From Oikopleura dioica (taxonomy: Eukaryota > Animalia > Chordata): a stretch of DNA of 64,000 bases. How positions within the stretch are numbered: the first letter of the stretch is position 1; each line of letters starts with the position of its first letter. Both the position numbers and the translations under genes were made by a program. A model generated the notes under the pieces. It did not search any database and was not told the DNA's origin. It was given only the letters and a program-made list of their open reading frames with translations. The stretch lies in contig OU015566.1 in the NCBI GenBank assembly GCA_907165135.1, forward strand, positions 744,001 through 808,000, in the 5' to 3' direction. Positions 1 to 12,276 of this stretch are shown piece by piece.

Positions 1-8
1 TGGCGCGA

Positions 9-39
9 GGCCAAGGTTGGCGCAGGGCCGACCTTGGCC
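9..39. repeat. GC-rich hairpin (13-bp stem, 5-nt loop), probably the end of a repeat element truncated by the window edge
   Basis: GGCCAAGGTTGGC-GCAGG-GCCGACCTTGGCC, one G-T mismatch. Confidence 0.5.
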
Positions 40-2119
40 AGGTACCAAGGGCAATTCCACGAATTTACCCCGGCGTTTTTCGCGAATTGGCACATTTTGT
101 ACCACTCGGTTCAGAGGGGTTAAAAATTTTTATTTGATGCTTACCGAGCAGCTTCGTACTGTCGAAGATATTCTTTATGGTCGTCGTTGCACATTGTGTT
201 TTTTAAGGGTCTCTCTTCGTATTCTGCTGTTTTTTCAGAATTAAGGGTGTCGTCTTCGTTAAATCTCTGTTTTTTTTGAAAAATTGGTTCTTTTGAAATT
301 GGTAGTGTTATGTAAGACTATTTGCAAAGTGTGTTCACTGGTTCTTGCAAAGTGAGGATCTGACTGTCGCAGGGCTCGTCACAAGAAGAACATTCGGTTG
401 GGGAGGGCGCGCGCGCTAAGGTGAGGGCGCCGCTCCATGCTCGCGCAACGCGCGCTTTCGCGGAAGCCTCCCCGAAATGAACATGTCGCTGCCAGCACAT
501 TGAGCTCGTTCTGATAAGCTCACGTTATGCAATCGCCTGACGCACTAGAAAATGAGTTCAACACTTGTTATCGAAGTGATATTACGATTAAGGGCTTCCG
601 TAAGGGGCTTTTTAGACGTAAAAAAGCTCAACTCTCCCTACTTTTAGCTCTTTTTTTCAAAAGAAATAGACAAAAATCATTTTTTTTTAAATTCAAGATT
701 TTCCTGCATAAAACCGCTGCTTTTTTTGAATAAAAGATAAAAAAGGATTTAATTTTTTGAAAATTAAAAAAAAAATTTTCAAAACCCAACTTTTTAAGTT
801 TTTTTTAATAATTTCTTCTTTTTGGCAGATTTTTTTTGAGATAACATGGTGACACCCTTATTTGCACCCTTAATTTTGAGAAAAAGAGAAATTTTGTCTT
901 GCTGTTTTTCTTTTTGTTCCGCGATGCGTTAGTTTCACTCAATGGAACCTTGATTTTTCGGCGAAAGGCGTTTCTGGTGTTTGATTTTGGAAGCTCAATT
1001 CTGAAAAATTTGCGCTTGACGATGCGCGCTAGGGCCGCCGCTTTAGAGGTCAGCGCGCGCTCGGCCGAGACCGAGTCCTCTGATTTACAGCAGCCCGGTT
1101 CCATGAAGAAACAACTCTTCTGTAAACCCCAGACTAAACAATGAGCTCGATTTGGGGGGCAATAATTTAAGGGTTTTTGACACTGCTCAAAATCGAGGGA
1201 ATTTTCTTTTTATCTGATTCATAAAAGATGCTCAATATTGACCGTAATTTTTCGATCAATTATCATGGAGATACCCTTATTCTATCGAAAAATTATTTTA
1301 TGAAATTTTTGGCAAGAATTTATCTGTTTCGTGTACAGAAAAAATAAGGGTATATCCAAGCTAGAAGCTTCAGAAAAATCGTTCTGAAATCTGAATTTAA
1401 TGCTGGTCACCCCCTTAATATTAGGAAAATACTTAACATTTTGAGAAAATTTGAAAAATAAAGGTGGTTAAAAATTTAGGGTGTCACTTTGTTAACCCTT
1501 AAAAAATCCGAAAAAATAGGGAGAAATCAAATTTCTTGTTCCAAAATGAGCTTTATCGGCGAAAAAAATTATTGCCAATGCGATAAGGGGCGCTCATAAT
1601 ATCGGTGTTCTATTTGTCGACTCTAAACGGAGCCTGTTTAGGCAACGCAATGTTCCACGAAGTCGGCGCTGACACGGTGAGCGGCAACGTGAGGCCGCGC
1701 AACTCGGCCCCGGTCTCGTCGGTCTGGTGCAGTGTGGTGCTCAACTTAGACGCGCAAAACACACGTTAATTACCACACTGCACCACCACCATTGCCAGGA
1801 CACTTCCTGGAGCTAAATCCTCGACACCAGAGCACCTTGCAATAATTCGCGCAAAATGGAACTACCAAAGACGCTTTTCATCGAATTAACAACATAAACA
1901 ACTCGCTGGAAGAAATTTAATCAAATTTCATCTTTAGGCTCATGAAATCTTTTTTCGGGATGTTAGGCGAACCGATATAAATTCTGCATGAAAAATCAAA
2001 ATTTTCGGATAGTTGTTTTCTGAAACCTGATTGGCCTAAAAACTTTATCCTGAAATTTTAGGGGTGGTAACGATTAGGATTAGGAATTTGGTCTAATTTT
2101 ATTGTCGAATTTTGGGGAG

Positions 2120-2280
2120 CTGTCAAGAATCGAAAAAAAAATTTCGGTGAATTTCGCGGGGGCGGCTTCTCGGCTGCTGATTGGTCGGCGAGCTGAATCG
2201 AGGCTTCTGATTGGCAGAAAATTTCCACGCAGAATTTTTTGAAATTTTTTTGTCGGTCTCTGAGTCAGAGTCTGACACCT
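2120..2280. mobile_element. Short palindromic MITE with twin ATTGG (CCAAT) boxes, copy 1
   Basis: Similar to 7516-7650 and 48956-49103; ATTGG at 2180 and 2210. Confidence 0.65.
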
Positions 2281-2508
2281 TCTCCAAATTCGACTCTTCA
2301 ATTTGACCAAATTTACGGTCAAAACATTTTTACCGACTACTTTTTTTTATAAGCTTTTAGCCAGCTTTGAAATTTGAGTCCCCTGACACAAATTAAAGTA
2401 ATCGACATTTATCAAAATAATTATCTTGCGTCAAGATTCTTGACTCTTTGGAATTGTCTTTTTGACAAAATGAGTTTTATCTTTTTTAATACAAAATAAT
2501 TGTATTTG

Positions 2509-2783
2509 ATATCGAATCATGAGGATCGTTTTCGAACGTTTTCGTTTATTTAAAACATCATCAGGAGGCTTTTTGGCCTCCTTTGCGCTCGACTAACTTT
2601 CGCTTGTATTCCTTTTTCACTTGTTTTCTGCTTTTGAAAATTTTGATTCAGTTAGCTATCTGTCCAGCTTTTTCACACACCAAGTTAGTTTTCTTTCTTT
2701 TTACTGTCGTAACAGTTTTTAGTTTTCCTGATGATGTTTTAAATAAACGAAAACGTTCGAAAACGATTCTCATGATTCAATAT
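2509..2783. mobile_element. MITE with ~57-bp terminal inverted repeats
   Basis: atatcgaatcatgaggatcgttttcgaacgttttcgtttatttaaaacatcatcagg recurs inverted at ~2727-2783 with 2 mismatches; TSD unclear. Confidence 0.75.
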
Positions 2784-2809
2784 TAACGCAGTCAATCTCA
2801 ACAATAAAT

Positions 2810-3509
2810 CAGGGTGGGGAATGTCTTAAGAAAATTTAACGGCACCGGCACGGCACGGCACACCAAAAATTCCTGTGCCGTGGCACGGCACGGCACGGCA
2901 CGGCAAAAAATTTAAGAACGCGTGCCGGGACACGGCACAGCACGGCATGGCACAGTTTTTTTCTTTTTTTCTCGTAAAAAACACTCAAAAATTTTTGAAT
3001 GTAATTTTATTTAATCAATTCGTCTGCAACGTAGGTATCGACCGAGAAATTTCGTGAAAAATTATTTTCGAAAAATTTTGAATTTGTTTTTGAAATCTGA
3101 ATAAAAACCATAATTTGAATTAAAACCTGGATAAATTGTATTTTAACAGTTAATGGGGGTGGGTGGGATTTGGGAAGTAACTGAAATTGATCACCTCAGA
3201 GTTCCCTGCCATTGTCAAGCCCCTTAAATTTAAAAATCAAGGAACGGGGCTGAAACGGCCCGAAGGGCCGTCAAGCCCCTTAAATTTAAAAATCAAGGAA
3301 CGGGGCTGAAACGGCCCGAAGGGCCGTCAAGCCCCTTAAATTTAAAAATCAAGGAACGGGGCTTCGCCTAACCCTAACCCCAGTGCCGCGGCACCGTGCC
3401 GTGTCCAAACTGAAATTCACTGAATGGAACGGCACGGCACGGCACGTGCCGTGCCGTGTCCGTGCCGCAGTGCCGTGCCGTGCCGTGCCGTAGACCTTTC
3501 CCCACCCTG
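2810..3509. mobile_element. hAT-like MITE (700 bp) with subterminal (GGCAC)n repeats
   Basis: 12-bp perfect TIR CAGGGTGGGGAA; 8-bp TSD CAATAAAT at 2802-2809 and 3510-3517; GGCAC arrays on the left and GTGCC arrays on the right. Confidence 0.9.
3214..3363 (+). repeat. 56-bp tandem repeat, 2 full copies plus 1 partial
   Basis: Units start at 3214, 3270 and 3326; same unit as 47253-47907 except AAGG for ATGG. Confidence 0.9.
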
Positions 3510-4068
3510 CAATAAATAATTGTATTTGATGGTTTTTATCGAGATGATAAATTTTTACAGAAAACTTTATTCTCAAACAGAATTTAGAATCTTCGCTCAA
3601 ACCTTTTTATTCCTTCTTCTTTTCAGAGAGTCGCAGATTTCCGATTTGCAAATTGAAAGAAAGAGAGTCATTGAAATTAGTTTTGAAAAGTGGTTTGAGT
3701 AGGCCTCGCTGGTTCCGTGTTAATTGCGTCAAAGCTAAATTTTTGACGAGGAACTTCCCAAATCCCTGCTTGGCGATTAATATTCACCCGCGATTTCCTT
3801 CTTTTTTGGAAAAGCTCACAACTATCGTCGGTTTTCAATAATTCAAGAGCACGTGGCCGGCCACGATAGCCCGTCCGGAGTTCTCAATTTTTAAAAGGCG
3901 AAAACGTTCGACGCTTGTGAATTTTTCAAGCTACAGGCCAAAACCATTTCCACTTTGAGCAGAAATATCTATTATTCAAGCAGAGCTTATCATTTGCATC
4001 CTTTTTGGGTACAGACCCAAAAATCTGGATCAAATGCAGTTATTGCTAAAAATAGGGTTTGCGGTTGG

Positions 4069-4153
4069 TTAGGGTTAGGGTTAGGCTTCACCAAAGTGAC
4101 TCTTTTGGGCGAAAAGAGACTCTTGGGGGTTAGGGTCAGGGTTAGGGTAAGGG
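4069..4153 (+). repeat. Interstitial degenerate TTAGGG runs flanking a short hairpin
   Basis: ttagggttagggttagg (4069-4085) and ttagggtcagggttagggtaaggg (4130-4153) around CTCTTTT-GGGCG-AAAAGAG. Confidence 0.7.
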
Positions 4154-4273
4154 GTATCATTATGTTAGTTAGTAAGTATTTTTTTTTTAATTTATATACT
4201 GATCCCCTAATTTTATTTCTCAAAAAGACAAAACGAATTTTTTTCTTTGAAAAAGCTTTTACACAAGAATTAA

Positions 4274-4674
4274 GGGGGTAGAACTAGGTTTTTCCAAAAT
4301 AGCAAATTCTAGACCGACGCTCAAAGCCAGGCAAACTTAGATATTCAAATTCTCTCTTCGGCTAAAGATAGAGTAAGCGTAGACATTTCTCTTAAAAAAT
4401 TTTTTCGTCAATAGATTTTTGCGGAAGAAAGCGGAACGTCAACCCATCTCTTCAAAAATAGGCTTTTTTAAATAGCGATTTTAGCTAATTTTCGTCCTCA
4501 AATTTCTCGAGTCACGTGACTAGCAAATTTTTTAAATTCCATTTTAAAATAGTTCAACCCTTTTTTCTAGCAACATCCATGAGGAAATTTCCTTATTATA
4601 AGTAATAAAGAGATTTTCTTATTTAAAATTGCTCTCGAAAATTATTTATACTCGAAAAATCTAGTTCTACCCCT
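4274..4674. mobile_element. TTAA-flanked MITE, Kolobok-like (RR termini)
   Basis: TTAA|gggggtagaactag ... ctagttctacccct|TTAA. Confidence 0.8.
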
Positions 4675-5309
4675 TTAATATTATGACACCCTTATTTTAA
4701 TCAGCCAAAATGGAGACTTGTTTTTGCAATATAAGCTGCTCATTTTTTTTGAATCATCAATCATCATATAAAGATATGTCGAAACGAGCTCCAGAGTCTA
4801 CGAGACGAGCAATGCTACCCCAAAATATCAAGTAATTAAACCCCGTTTCAACGATAATAAACAAAAATTATCAATTTTACCATCTTCCCTCATAACAAAC
4901 TACGATCAATATATTTTACCAATGCAAAGTTTTACTTGACGCAAAATAAGACTTATAATTTGATCATAAAAGTCCAGAGAGAAGAGATAGAGAGAAACTA
5001 TCTTTGATGAACTTTTGTTAGTCTCAATTTGTGAAATTACTGTTTTGTCCTTTCAGAAAGCGCCAAAAGACGATTGGCATTTCGCGGCTGCAGAGCTATT
5101 TCACGCTTAAAAAGTGCAGGTGAAGTACTTTTTCTCGAGGAAAAATCGACAAATCTAACTCGGATATATTTAATTTTTTTTTCGATAAAAAATATAAGGG
5201 TGTTACTATGTAAACTTCGATTGAGAAGCAGGGTTCGGCAATATCAGTCTAATACTTGAATACAAGCTTTTCTCAGGCCCTGAGTCAGGTTTTGGACAGA
5301 GGTTGTTAA

Positions 5310-5766
5310 CGCCGAAACGCAGGGCGACCAATTAATTGGTACAAGGCCCTTTAATGCCTCATAAATCAACTTTTACTTTACGCTAGAAAAAAATGAACCC
5401 CCACTTTTGGAGCTACTTTTTATCGAAGAATTTGATTCCGGTGTCAAAAAATATTTTTTTTTTGAAAATTTTTGATTTTAGCTATTGAACGAAATTTTGT
5501 ACTCGGATATTTGTTTATTCTTTCAACAATAAATTGTCATTACATCGTCATTCGACACATTTGGAAATAGGCATATTTAGTCATATTTATGTTATGATAT
5601 GGGTATAATATGGGGATGAAATTGAAGCTTAGCGTCTGAGAATTATTTATCTCTATCATTTATTCAGTAGACTTATCAGTTTCATAGTTAAAAAGGGGTA
5701 AAAGGTGCATACCAATTAATTGGTAGATCTGCGTTCAACCTTGAAAAAATTTTATGCGTTCCGGCG
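5310..5766. mobile_element. TTAA-flanked MITE (piggyBac/Kolobok-type target site)
   Basis: TTAA|cgccgaaacgca ... tgcgttccggcg|TTAA (11/12 TIR); accaattaattggta palindrome near each end. Confidence 0.75.
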
Positions 5767-7515
5767 TTAAGGGTACTACCTTCGAGTTCCATTAGGTGTT
5801 GGGAAAATCGCAGGTTGTACCCTTAGGTCAGAAAAAATGCAGAAAAGCTCGATTTTTTAAAAATTCTACGAGCTTGAAAATTGCAATCGAAAGTTTTTAC
5901 ACTAAACGCGTCAATTTGCAAAGATCCATTTTTCGAAAATGTCAAATCTATCTTTGTCCCGACAGGTGCATATTTATTCTTTATGAAACGCAGCTAAACA
6001 GCGCCACGTTCACGATAATCGCCAAAAGTCATGGCCAATTATTCATTATTTTCAATTTTCAATTAATGATTGTTTTCCTGCGCGCGAAAACCGCATCTCC
6101 GGCGAGCACCTTTTGGCCCCACGTTGTTTCTTGACTTGTGCAAGTGCCCGGGGCTGCGACTCGGTGAGCACGAGAGGATCCTGTTCATCGAAATTTCCAA
6201 GCACTTTCCAGAACTCATGCGCGCGCGCCAACCCTGCCCCCTCTCTTTTCGCCAATTTGTTATATAAACTAGCGATTTTTTTAGTTTTTACCTGAATCAT
6301 ATTTTTAAAAAGGATTTGTTTTGACGACATAAATATGAAACAGATAAAGAAATAGAGAATCATAATATGAAAATACAAGGATTTTTAAAATACGATTTTA
6401 ATTGATAAATTTAGTAATTTAATTATGATAAAATATTAAATAATTCTATATAAAAGAATAATTTTTTTTTTAATAATAAATTTAAATTAGATAATAAAAA
6501 ATCATATTATTTATTCATTTAATAAAAATAAATTTTTCTAACAATTTTTTTTAACTTCTCAAAAAACAAATGTCATTTTTTTTTGATGATCTTGAAGAAA
6601 AACATTCTGGCCAAAAATTGAATCACATGTTTGGCCGTAAAAACGCTTGGAGTAAACAAAACGCGCTCCATCAGATAAAATTCAATAAATCAGAGCACCG
6701 CTTTATCGCCGAATATTTCTTCGATACAGGGTCGCCATCGAGGTCCTTAAATTTTGAGGAGACGAGCAGTTGACGTGCCGAATTGAACCTTCCGGCTTAT
6801 TCGTTGCGCGCTGATTTGGGCGATCTTACAATTTTTTCTCATAGAACAAAAGAGAGACGAAAATAAGTCGGTTTAAGGAAGTGAGACCCTTAATATTTTC
6901 TACTCAAATGAAGCGTTAGTACCTTCGTCTCATTTTTGAGCCGACTTTGAAAAGATGAAATAAGGGTGTCCCCATGATAATTCTTGATTTTCGAAGCAAA
7001 AATTGAGAGCCCCATATTTTTTTCTTTCTATTTTTCGGCGCGCAACAGGTTGATCCCTTCTTTTCACGTCTTTGCCCCTCGTGTCTAAAAGTGTTTAACT
7101 AAGAGTACAGTACTCGCTCGTGAACACGAAAGAGAGCGAGTCATCCCGCTCTTCTTGCAGTTCGCTCTCTTTTTCTCTTAGAGCGCGCGAGCGGGTGGGG
7201 TAATTGGCGAGTGTGGTGGAGCTGAGCTGGTGGCGGGTACTTATCATAACAGCGTAAACGAAAAACGCGTGCTCCACCACCGCCGCGTTCGCAGAATGAC
7301 GCAAATTGAAATTACGCTCCGTTCACGTTACTCAAGCCGCCACCGTAACGCAACACCTTTGCACGAATTCCCTTCGCCTTACTAGGAATTCTTCTTAGGC
7401 CAAACTCCAAAGGGCGAGTGAATTGACCCCTTTACACGGATTTATTCAATAATAAATGATTTTTATGACGGAGGAGGGTGGAAAAAAATTTCAAATCATA
7501 TTCTTTAAGGATGCA

Positions 7516-7650
7516 TGGTGTCTGAAACCGACAAAAAAATTTCGACAAATTTTGCGTAGGCGGCTAATCGGCTGCTGATTGGCCGCTAAGCCTAATCCAG
7601 GCTTCTGATTGGTTAAAAATTTCCACGCAAAATTTGTCGAAATCTTTTTG
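7516..7650. mobile_element. Twin-CCAAT MITE, copy 2
   Basis: Homologous to 48956-49103; ATTGG at 7578 and 7608. Confidence 0.7.
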
Positions 7651-9490
7651 TCTGCTCCAAAATTGAAAATGGGGGGGGGGGGTCCTTAAAAAATTAACAT
7701 TTTCAGTTTGTTTTATAAAAATTTTTATAGAAAAAATGTTCGTATTCTCATTTCTCGAATGTATTTTCGGAGAAATCTTGAGAAAAATCCCATCTGCTTT
7801 TTCCTTCTACGAATCTCGCAAATTCCAGGATTCAGAATAAAAAGCGGAAAAGATGACTATCGAGTTTTTCAAGAATTTTCTCATTCAGGTAACTCCGAAA
7901 ATAAATAAATAGAATTGATCGTTCTTTAGATTCTTCGAGTTCCATCGACCGTCTTTTTAGACAATTTCACGCTGATGTTTTGAAAAAAAAATCAAATCTG
8001 CCGAAATAAAAGAAAAACTCGAAATTTTTTTGGCGAAAATTGTTAACCTCAAAAATCAGGTTAATAAATTTCCTCTTTTCTTCGAAAACCATTGTCCTTG
8101 TCGGCCAAAAAAGAGGAGTTTAAAATAATGAGCGTCGTGTTAACGAGACAGGAGAGTTATTATCTTATCAGTTCTGGGCTATTATCGCCCTGGCCGTGAA
8201 CTTTTCGACTCTGATTTTTTCGGCTAATCACTGAGACTCTCGGCAAGTGACTTGGTGGAATGAAACACCGCCAACGCCACCGCCAAGCCGCGATTTTTTT
8301 TTCACTACACCAGGAAGTCGATTTTTAAGCGTGACGGGCGGAAATGCTTATCGTGATTTTCGCGTTATTTTTGGTTCTTTTATTGCAGGAAATTTATTTT
8401 TCGCAGCAGGCTGATCCAGTTTTCGATGTCTTTCTTACTGGTCTTTTTTGCGAGGCTGATAAGAGCAAGGGTTCGGGGCCCGAAAGGTCTTTTCTTTGGG
8501 TTAGGGTTTGAGATTGAGCCAGGGTTACGGTTAAGGGGGTAGATATCAAGAATTGACTTTCCTTGCAGTCTTTTTTTCCATTTTTTTACCATAGTAACCC
8601 CCTTATTTTTTCTGCTCAAAATTCATTTCAGTTAATAACTTATTTGCTTTGTAAAATTTAGATTTCTTGAGATTTCAGGGTGCCGAAATACAAATTTGGC
8701 ACTTTCGATTGTTGTCAAAATGAGACTTTAAGCAAAGTTGAAATCTTTGATGATGAATTCTGTGAAAAAAAATTTTGAAAATTTTAATTTTGGTTTCGAT
8801 CGGAAAAAGATAAAGTTCTTAATTTTAAGTTTCCGGAGAAAAATAAGGGTGTCATTATGTTAAATTTTGGAGAAAAAGCTGCAATGGCGATTTCTGATAT
8901 CTACCACCTTCAGGTAGTTTTTTATGGAATTTCTGGACATCAAATTTCTGGACATTTTTCGAATTTTAAGGGGTTTAATTGGGACACTTTTAAAAAGCAA
9001 AAGAATCAAATTTCTGGACATTTTTTCTCAAAAAAGATTTTCGACTCCGAAATTTATAGTCAAATTTGAGTTATGAAAGGTTATTCTATTTACGAAGAAG
9101 ACTTTTTCTTGTAGAATCTTAGTATTTTAAGCAAAATTCGCTGCTTCATCGCACTTTATTATTGTTTTTAATCAATTTTTTGAAAAAAAAACGTTTATTT
9201 TTCCTCCGTGAAAAATTTTAAGCAATTGTGGTGGGATATTTTTCTCAAGGTTATGTATCAAATTTCTGGACATTTTTGTGAAAAGTGTGCGACAAAAAAT
9301 GTCCAGAAATTCCATAATTAACTGTATTTAGTTAGGGTTCGGGTTCGGGATCGCACATTTTCTTTATTTTCAGCCTCGATCCTCGTGATGGTAAATGTAA
9401 CAAAAGAGAATTTGCTCTGAAAGGCGTTATTAAGATTATTGATGAAGATGTTTGATTACCTATGAGAAGATAAGGAGCAAATACATTTAC

Positions 9491-10409
9491 TTGAGCACGT
9501 ATCTGATCGAAGAAAGCGATTGGATCGGATGTGTTGATGTAGGATGAGTACTTGCGTAAGAAATAATTACTTTCTTCCGGTTCATCTTAATTCTCAATTG
9601 TTTCAAATAGAAAAGAGCTGTATTTTACCCAAAGACTGATTATGAAGAAGAAAATAGCAAAGATCCCAAGCTCGGAATCCCCAATCGGCATCTCCAAAGT
9701 CAATAACATACAGCTCATCCCCTTTTTGAATCAAATTATCGCCCCAAATGTCATTATGGCAGAAGCAAATGTCATTTTGGTCCACATCTTCAAGAATTTT
9801 CAGCAATTTTTCGATCGTTTCTTCTTTTTGGATGTTCACAGTTTTCTCTAGAAATTGCCAGGAGGGGTTGAAGTCGGGGTGTTCAAGATGAGCCCGGAAA
9901 TAGGGGCAATTGATGTTGGTTCCAGTGATTTTTGAGAGAGCTTCCCAGCGGGATTTATCGAGTTCTACGGGGGTTGACTGGTGGATGAGGGCCATTTGCC
10001 TGAATTTTGAAGAAAATAAGGGTGTCACTTTGTTATCTGGAGTTTACCTTGCGATTTTGTCGAGCCGTTCTTTTGTATGAACCCCTTTTGGGACTGATTC
10101 TCCCTCTAGAAAATTCTCGATTTCGACCGGCACAAAGCATTTTCCTTCAGGATAAAAATTTCTATTCGAATATTCATAAAGTCTTCGACCAAGCTGATCC
10201 TCGAGAACTGCCTTTCGAATTTTATAAGAGCGCTCGTCATATTTTCCGGCTTTGAGAATTTTTATCGCTCTATCGCCAAATTTGTAGCAAAGGGTGTCGA
10301 ATCCTTCCCCGACGAGTTTTGGGGGAGAGTTTTGGGGAGGAAGACGGGAGGAGATTGAGAGAGCTACTTTGTCAAAGTCTGTTTCCTCTTTATTACAGAA
10401 AACTTCGCC
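9491..10409 (-). CDS. Choline/ethanolamine kinase-like phosphotransferase (APH superfamily), multi-exon, ends uncertain
   Basis: Brenner motif CHNDIWGDN followed by IDFGDA; exons ~10409-10048, 9999-9629 and 9585-9491 join in frame over GT-AG introns of 48 and 43 bp. Confidence 0.75.
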
Positions 10410-11103
10410 AGGTCTGAAATGATTCAAACGCTTTCTTTTTAATATTTCGATTACCGCAGATGAAAAGTTGAAGCCGCCTGTTTCGCAAAATTTCGCATTT
10501 TCTCTTTCAAAAAATATTTGTCTCTTTTCTAAGCGAAAATGGTGTCGATGATGGTAAATTTACTCAATTCTTTCAAATGCAAACAGTGACTTTAAGCAAT
10601 CTGAAATCATAGACGAGAAAGCAAGCTTTTTTTAGGGGCGGATCTAGAATGATGATTCAGGTCTATTTTATGACCAAATTTTTCCTTTTAAAAGTCTTTT
10701 TGCAAATAGAAAAGTCAAAGAGGCCATCTTAGATAAAAGGGCAAGCCGTGAAACAGAATTTTATCACCATTGCTTTATCTGGTACAACGTAAGTAATAAT
10801 AATAATGATTATAAAGGGAAAGTTTCCGTGATTGCTTCCTTGATCGGTCGACTCAATTTTTTTTAAATTCGTTTCAAAATTTAAATCGAGAAAATGCGAG
10901 ATCCAAACACAGAATCAGATGTGTATCTTTTTCTGAAAGCAATAGCAGCGAGGAGAAAAACTGTCAATGTCAAAATCGATTTTACCTCGACAGAAATCTA
11001 CAAAACAGATGACCAAAAAATGCATCAAATGTTTCAATACCCAATTACTTATAACAGCTGGAGTGTTCAATTTTATATAACTCAGAACATGACACAAATC
11101 GAC

Positions 11104-11974
11104 GGGGGGTACTGAATTGTGCCGCCCTGCGCCGCCCTGTGCCGCTCGGTCCGGGACCAATCGACTCTCATTCGACCAAACCATGACCTAGGAAAGAGTT
11201 CTGAACAAGAGCGAGAGTTGGGCCCCGCCAACCCAATGAGTTCTCTACCAGAAAATGCACGCGTAAGGGCCTTTGGCACGTCACGTGCTCAATAAATCAG
11301 TGATTTTATGCAAGATCATAATTTGATTGAGAACTACGCTACTACCTCGGGTACCTGATTTAGTGTCGCTTTTTTGGTCCTGAAATTCCGAAAAAAACGA
11401 CACTAAATTGGAATCGAATGGTTGCCGATATGAAATTCGAATTTGTAATTACTCCATATTTTTTCTAGTATCTTTAGATATGTTTCTGGTTACTGGCACC
11501 AATTTTGAGCCTTATAACTCAGAATAAAGCGCCTCTTAAATTTATTTGGTAGAAACTTCGCAAAATAGTCGTTTTTGCTTATCAAAATGAATTTTGAAGT
11601 GACTCATAATACTTATAGAGAGGAGTTTATAGAACATGCTGTTTTGGGTTTTTAAAATTTAAAAAATTGCAATTCTAGCGAAATAAGGTGGCACAAACAG
11701 TGTTGTTCGAAAAAGCGACACTAAATTAGAATTTGCGGGTTCCCGGTTTTTGAAAAAAATGACACTAAATTGGGCGACACTAAATCGGGTACCTGAGGTA
11801 CCACCCTTAATTATAGGTTCTACTTATTTTAACATTTTGACTACATAAATAAGTGAGAATAACTAAGTTGACATAAAAAGCTTAAATTGTGGCCTTTGAA
11901 AGACCAAATATCTTCAAACCCGGTGAGGCTGGGCGGCACAGGGCGGCGCAGGGCGGCACAATTCAGTGTCTCCC
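11104..11974. mobile_element. Merlin-like MITE (871 bp) inserted in coding sequence
   Basis: ~42-bp TIR GGG..actgaattgtgccgccctgcgccgccctgtgccgc; 8-bp TSD AAATCGAC at 11096-11103 and 11975-11982. Confidence 0.85.
11345..11798. mobile_element. Nested TA-flanked MITE (Tc1/mariner-like)
   Basis: TA|cctcgggtacctgatttagtgtcgc ... gcgacactaaatcgggtacctgagg|TA, 2 mismatches. Confidence 0.7.
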
Positions 11975-12276
11975 AAATCGACTATCCTGAAGGAAAGACA
12001 TAGCTGAAGTTGGTCTCTGTAGGTAGAGTTGGAAACAAAGCGACAGCATGCAAAGTCTCGGAACTTCCGAGTCGGAAGGGTGAAACTGATCAGCTGCAAT
12101 GAAAATTCCTTTCTATAATTTTCCAAAACAAGGCGTAGAAATCAACAAAAGATGAATAACCATAAGAATTTTTTGGCCGAATATTTTTTTTTCTGAGATT
12201 ATGGTATATAATTTACCGTAAATCCTTAAAGCCCTTAAAAATTTAGCCAAGTTGACCAAATTCTAGGGCCAAATGA

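Noticed and set aside
2494-3530. 17-bp direct repeat AAATAATTGTATTTGAT (2494-2510, 3514-3530) as a long TSD
   Set aside because: AT-rich, not flanked by matching TIRs, and it overlaps the TSD of another element; it may be internal to an older repeat.
5057-5119. Isolated plus-strand exon candidates (also ~3625-3700)
   Set aside because: Splice-like signals are present but there is no recognisable product or consistent gene model.
17-9069. Short ORF-track entries in the first 9 kb
   Set aside because: Most start at TTG/GTG, are rich in F/K/L from poly-A/T runs, and overlap MITEs; prokaryotic-style ORF calling does not suit this genome.
9491-10409. Bacterial contamination or recent horizontal transfer of an aminoglycoside phosphotransferase
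   Set aside because: The gene has host-typical 43-48-bp spliceosomal introns and the motifs fit eukaryotic choline-kinase-like proteins.
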